The position numbers and the translations under genes are program-made. A stretch of DNA of 30,073 bases from an uncultured Rhodobacter sp. (lineage in GTDB: Bacteria > Pseudomonadota > Alphaproteobacteria > Rhodobacterales > Rhodobacteraceae): positions 1 to 30,073 of the forward strand of contig CAYPUW010000001.1 in the NCBI GenBank assembly GCA_964413925.1. Reading direction: 5' to 3'. Position 1 is the first letter of the stretch. Each line of letters begins with the position of its first letter. The notes under the pieces are model-generated. The model was given only the letters and a program-made list of their open reading frames with translations. It did no database searches and was not told where the DNA came from. Shown piece by piece: positions 26,444 through 30,073 of this stretch.

Positions 26444-26559
26444 ATCAGATAACCGACATTCAGGCGAGGGATTGCGCCAGACATCCGCTGCGGCAAGCGT
26501 TTGCCGATTGGCAAGCCTTCCACCCGGCGCTAGACCAAGGGCAGTTGAAAGGAAAAACC

Positions 26560-27639
26560 ATGCAGCCACATCTTTGGATCCGCGCCGAACAACGAGACAG
26601 CGAACAGCGTGTCGGCATTACCCCCGATGGCGTCGTGCGCCTGATGGCGGCGGGGTTTGGTGTGAGCGTCGAGCGCTCGACCTGCCGCGCCATCCCGATT
26701 GAGGGGTTTGCCGCGACCGGCTGCACCATCGTTGACGAAAATAGCTGGCCCAACGCCCCCCGTGATGCGGTAATTTTCGGACTGAAAGAACTGCCCGATG
26801 ACGGCACTCCCCTCCCGCACCGCCACATCATGTTTGGCCATGCCTATAAGGGCCAAACCGACGGGCCAAGCCTGCTGTCCCGGTTTCGCACCGGAGGTGG
26901 AGCGCTTTATGATCTGGAGTATCTTACCGACGAAAACGGTCGCAGGGTGGCCGCATTTGGCTATTGGGCCGGGTTCGCCGGGGCCGCTGTCGGGCTGAAG
27001 GTCTGGGCCGCACAACAGGCAGGAGACCTCATCGGACCCGCCAAAATTCACCCCTATCCGGGCAAAGATGCCCTGCTCGCGGACCTAAAAACGGACCTGT
27101 CGGCAGCTCTCGCCAACGGCGCTACACGGCCAAATGCCATCATCATCGGCGCCTTGGGGCGGGTCGGTCACGGGGCCGGCGATTTGTTGGAGGCGATGGG
27201 CCTTGCCGTCACCCGCTGGGACATGGCCGAAACCCAGAAAGGTGGGCCATTCCCCGAGATTCTTGATCACTCTATTTTTGTAAACTGCGTGTTGGCAGGC
27301 TCAAATATTCCGGTTTTCGTACCCAAATCCGCACTATCGGCCCCCCGCCGCCTGACTGTGATCGCCGATGTCTCCTGCGACCCGACCAGCCCCTTCAATC
27401 CGGTGCCGATCTATGATCACGCGACCACATTTGACGATCCCGTAATTCGCGCGACATCGGGCAAACCACCGCTTGATATAACCGCAATCGACAACCTGCC
27501 CTCGATGCTGCCGGTGGAGGCCAGCGAGGATTATGCCGCGCAATTACTGCCCTCGCTACTGACGCTAGGGCAGATCGACAGCGGTGTTTGGGGCCGCGCT
27601 CGCGCGATCTTTGATGCGCACGCAGGTGATGTTGCGTGA
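26560..27639 (+). CDS. Saccharopine dehydrogenase, lysine-forming / lysine-2-oxoglutarate reductase type (fungal LYS1-like), 359 aa
   Basis: ATG 26560 behind AAAGGA. HLW.RAE, GLKELP, HIMFGHAYKGQ, LYDLEYL....GRRVAAFG..AGFAGAA, IGALGRVG.GA, WD..ET, DVSCD, IDNLPS.LP.EAS. Confidence 0.9.
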   Translation: MQPHLWIRAEQRDSEQRVGITPDGVVRLMAAGFGVSVERSTCRAIPIEGFAATGCTIVDENSWPNAPRDAVIFGLKELPDDGTPLPHRHIMFGHAYKGQTDGPSLLSRFRTGGGALYDLEYLTDENGRRVAAFGYWAGFAGAAVGLKVWAAQQAGDLIGPAKIHPYPGKDALLADLKTDLSAALANGATRPNAIIIGALGRVGHGAGDLLEAMGLAVTRWDMAETQKGGPFPEILDHSIFVNCVLAGSNIPVFVPKSALSAPRRLTVIADVSCDPTSPFNPVPIYDHATTFDDPVIRATSGKPPLDITAIDNLPSMLPVEASEDYAAQLLPSLLTLGQIDSGVWGRARAIFDAHAGDVA

Positions 27640-28268
27640 AGTTCAACAGCATCATTTTTGACTGGGATGGAACACTCTGCCAGACGCTTGGCCTCTGGGT
27701 CGAGGGCTATCGTCACGGGCTGAACCAATTGGGAATTCCACTTCAAGACAATGATATTGTTCAAGATTTCCTCCATGACCACGCCCGTCTCGAAACCCAA
27801 TACCCGAGCCTCAGATATGATGACCTGCTGGCACTGGCGCAGGAGTTCGTGTTCCAGAATATCGCAACCTCGCAGCTTTACGATGGCGTTGCCGCCAGCC
27901 TTGATCACTTGGCCAATCTCGGCGTAAAAACCGCGCTGGTCTCCACCAGTCCGCGTCATGTGTTGCTGGCGGGGGTACGTGCGCACGGGCTGGAGCATCG
28001 CTTTTCGTTCATCCTTGCCGGAGACGAGGTCGCGCGCATCAAGCCAGATCCCGAACCCTTTCAAACCGCGCTCAGCGCTATCAACGCCACCCCATCTGAC
28101 ACACTGATTATCGGCGATAATCGCGGTGATATCCTCGCTGGAAGGGCCGCCGGGACCAAAACCTGCCTGTTTACACCACACGAAAATCAGACCTATCATG
28201 ACTTTGACGATTTGCGTCGTACTGGCGCGGATTTCGAAATAGATCACCTCCAGAAACTCCAACCCTGA
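27636..28268 (+). CDS. HAD-superfamily phosphatase (class IA, Gph/PpaX-like)
   Basis: Motif I FDWDGTL, motif II LVST, motif III KPDP, motif IV IGDNRGD..AG..AG. The GTG overlaps the upstream TGA. Confidence 0.9.
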   Translation: MKFNSIIFDWDGTLCQTLGLWVEGYRHGLNQLGIPLQDNDIVQDFLHDHARLETQYPSLRYDDLLALAQEFVFQNIATSQLYDGVAASLDHLANLGVKTALVSTSPRHVLLAGVRAHGLEHRFSFILAGDEVARIKPDPEPFQTALSAINATPSDTLIIGDNRGDILAGRAAGTKTCLFTPHENQTYHDFDDLRRTGADFEIDHLQKLQP

Positions 28269-28280
28269 ACGGGAGAGAAA

Positions 28281-29438
28281 ATGCCTAAAATTCATTGGAT
28301 CGGCACCGGCCTTTCAGCCATTCCGGGGCTTAGACGGCTGATCAAAAACGGCCATGACGTGGTGGTCTGGAACCGGACCCCCGACAAGGCCCGCGCCAGT
28401 GTTGGCGATCTGACCGACGACATTCGTGCCTTTTCGATGGAGGCAATCAGCGAGGCGACGGCCAAAGGCGACGTGCTGGTGTCGATGCTGCCCGGCGACT
28501 GGCATGTGCCGCTGGCCGAGTTGTGTCTGGACAAAGGCGCGCATTTTGTGTGCTCCAGCTACATCGCGCCGCAGATGCGCGCGCTTGATGATCGGGCGCG
28601 CGAGTTGGGCCTCAGCTTGGTCAACGAGGTCGGTCTGGACCCCGGAATTGACCACGTTATGGCCCATTGGCTGGTCGCCGATTATCGTGCGAGCGAAGGA
28701 TTTAGCCCAGACAACGAGGTCTCGTTTATCTCGTATTGTGGTGGGGTGCCGAAGTTTGAAAACCCGTTTCGCTACAAGTTTTCATGGTCCCCGCTTGGGG
28801 TTCTAAAGGCGCTGCGCTCACCCTCGCGTTCAATTTCAAACTTCAAAGAACAGCATGTGGCCCGTCCGTGGGACGCCATCACGACCTATCAGGCTCCGCT
28901 GGAGCAGGCCGAAAGTTTCGAGGTTTACCCCAACCGCGACTCCCTCCCGTTCATGGCCGATTACGGCTTTGATCCGGCGTGGCCCGTGCGCCAGTTCGTA
29001 CGCGGCACCTTGCGCCTGAACGGCTGGGCGGCGGCTTGGGCCGATGTGTTCAAAGAGGTCGAAACCCTGACCGGCCCTGAGGGAGACGCGCGTTTGGCGC
29101 AGATGTCCGACCAGTTCTGGGCCGATCATGCCTATGATACCAACGAGCCTGATCGCGTGGTTTTATGCGTATCCTTGAAGGCGGAGCAGGACGGCAAACC
29201 GGCCTATCACAAAACCTATGTGATGGACGCATTTGGCAATGAGGCCGGCACCGCGATGGCGCAACTGGTGTCAATTCCGGTGTCGCTGGCGATCGAGGCG
29301 GTGTTGCAGGGCGAGATCGCACCGGGCGTAAGCGCCGCCCCGAGTGAGCCGAAACTGGTGTCAAGATGGATGGAGACGGCCGGCGAAATCGCGCAATATT
29401 TGGCAGTAGTCGAGGGCGAGCAGGCAGCGCAGAGTTAA
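28281..29438 (+). CDS. Saccharopine dehydrogenase, glutamate-forming type (LYS9/SDH-like)
   Basis: IGTG Rossmann start, VSMLP...[47 protein letters not shown]. Confidence 0.9.
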   Translation: MPKIHWIGTGLSAIPGLRRLIKNGHDVVVWNRTPDKARASVGDLTDDIRAFSMEAISEATAKGDVLVSMLPGDWHVPLAELCLDKGAHFVCSSYIAPQMRALDDRARELGLSLVNEVGLDPGIDHVMAHWLVADYRASEGFSPDNEVSFISYCGGVPKFENPFRYKFSWSPLGVLKALRSPSRSISNFKEQHVARPWDAITTYQAPLEQAESFEVYPNRDSLPFMADYGFDPAWPVRQFVRGTLRLNGWAAAWADVFKEVETLTGPEGDARLAQMSDQFWADHAYDTNEPDRVVLCVSLKAEQDGKPAYHKTYVMDAFGNEAGTAMAQLVSIPVSLAIEAVLQGEIAPGVSAAPSEPKLVSRWMETAGEIAQYLAVVEGEQAAQS

Positions 29439-29983
29439 CCCTCCTGCCACTCGCCGCTGTTCAACCCGTCAATCGACCAATCGCCAACCCGCGCGCGAAT
29501 CAAGCGCAAGGTGGGCAGACCGACGGCGGCGGTCATGCGCCTGACTTGACGGTTTCGCCCCTCCGAAATTGTCAGCTCCAACCAGCCATCAGGCACGGTT
29601 TTGCGAAACCTGACTGGCGGTGTTCGTGGCCAAAGATCGTGCGGAGCCTCCATCGCGCGCGCCTTGGCAGGGCGGGTTTTACCGTCCTTCAACACTACCC
29701 CGGCTCGAAGTTTACCCAAAGCCTCCTCGCTTACGACGCCTTCGATCTGCACCCAATAAGTCTTGGGCGTTTTGTGTTTTGGATTAGCAATTTTAGCCTG
29801 TAATTTCCCGTCATCAGTCAGCACCAGCAAACCCTCGCTGTCTTTGTCCAAACGCCCGGCCGCATAAACGCCGGGCAGGTCGATGAAATCAGACAAGGTC
29901 GGGCGTTTACTGCCCGCAACCCCTTGGTCGGTGAATTGCGACAGCACGCCGAACGGTTTGTTAAAGAGGATAACCCGCGTCAT
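29435..29983 (-). CDS. rluE: 23S rRNA pseudouridine synthase, RluE-type (no S4 domain)
   Basis: [30 protein letters not shown] (catalytic Asp), K.YWVQ.EG, PP.RFRK..P..WL...[21 protein letters not shown]. Confidence 0.88.
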   Translation of the reverse strand: MTRVILFNKPFGVLSQFTDQGVAGSKRPTLSDFIDLPGVYAAGRLDKDSEGLLVLTDDGKLQAKIANPKHKTPKTYWVQIEGVVSEEALGKLRAGVVLKDGKTRPAKARAMEAPHDLWPRTPPVRFRKTVPDGWLELTISEGRNRQVRRMTAAVGLPTLRLIRARVGDWSIDGLNSGEWQEG

Positions 29984-30072
29984 TCATCACCGCCGACGCG
30001 CGCCTTGATACGCCGCACAAGCAGCCACACTGCCAGCATCACAGGCGGCACAAGCGCCGCCGCAAGATAGGT
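29980..30072 (-). CDS. C-terminal end of a membrane protein entering from the right edge (possibly DUF3422 family)
   Basis: Hand translation ...[30 protein letters not shown]: a final TM helix followed by basic residues. The TGA overlaps the rluE ATG (ATGA). The family guess rests on only 30 residues. Confidence 0.6.
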   Translation of the reverse strand, partial: TYLAAALVPPVMLAVWLLVRRIKARVGGDE

Positions 30073-30073
30073 C

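Noticed and set aside
29435-29438. Convergent 4-nt stop-codon overlap (TTAA) between the LYS9-like gene and rluE
   Set aside because: A common compact arrangement with nothing else pointing to antisense regulation.
1-30073. CRISPR arrays, insertion sequences, prophage or defence genes, riboswitches
   Set aside because: I saw no regularly spaced repeats, terminal inverted repeats with a transposase, phage or defence motifs, or recognisable riboswitch cores by eye. An Rfam/Infernal scan of the intergenic regions would be the proper test.

Overview
This looks like a chromosomal segment of an alphaproteobacterium, most likely Rhodobacteraceae/Roseobacter group (inferred from gene content and protein style). 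I saw no integrase, transposase, phage gene or CRISPR array. Left to right it holds: msrPQ (msrQ cut by the left edge), a DUF302 exported protein, a DUF962 gene coupled to soxR, a SoxR-type promoter driving a VOC protein, an SDR, clpB, pyrF, dinB, an N-formylglutamate amidohydrolase-family gene, tRNA-Val(GAC) and zinc-free rpmJ. Next comes a probable 8-gene minus-strand operon (long-chain acyl-CoA ligase, five HAAT/Liv-like ABC subunits, a PaaK-like protein with a degenerate P-loop, and an exported Cys-less caspase-like peptidoglycan-binding protein) facing a soluble PAS hybrid kinase and an OmpR-family regulator. The right end holds an unannotated 52-aa membrane ORF, a stand-alone formate dehydrogenase alpha subunit, a LYS1-like/HAD/LYS9-like saccharopine operon, rluE and a partial membrane protein gene. 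The best candidate for an uncharacterised system is the acyl-CoA ligase/ABC/two-component locus (10407-23363). All family assignments come from motifs read by eye; no database search was run.
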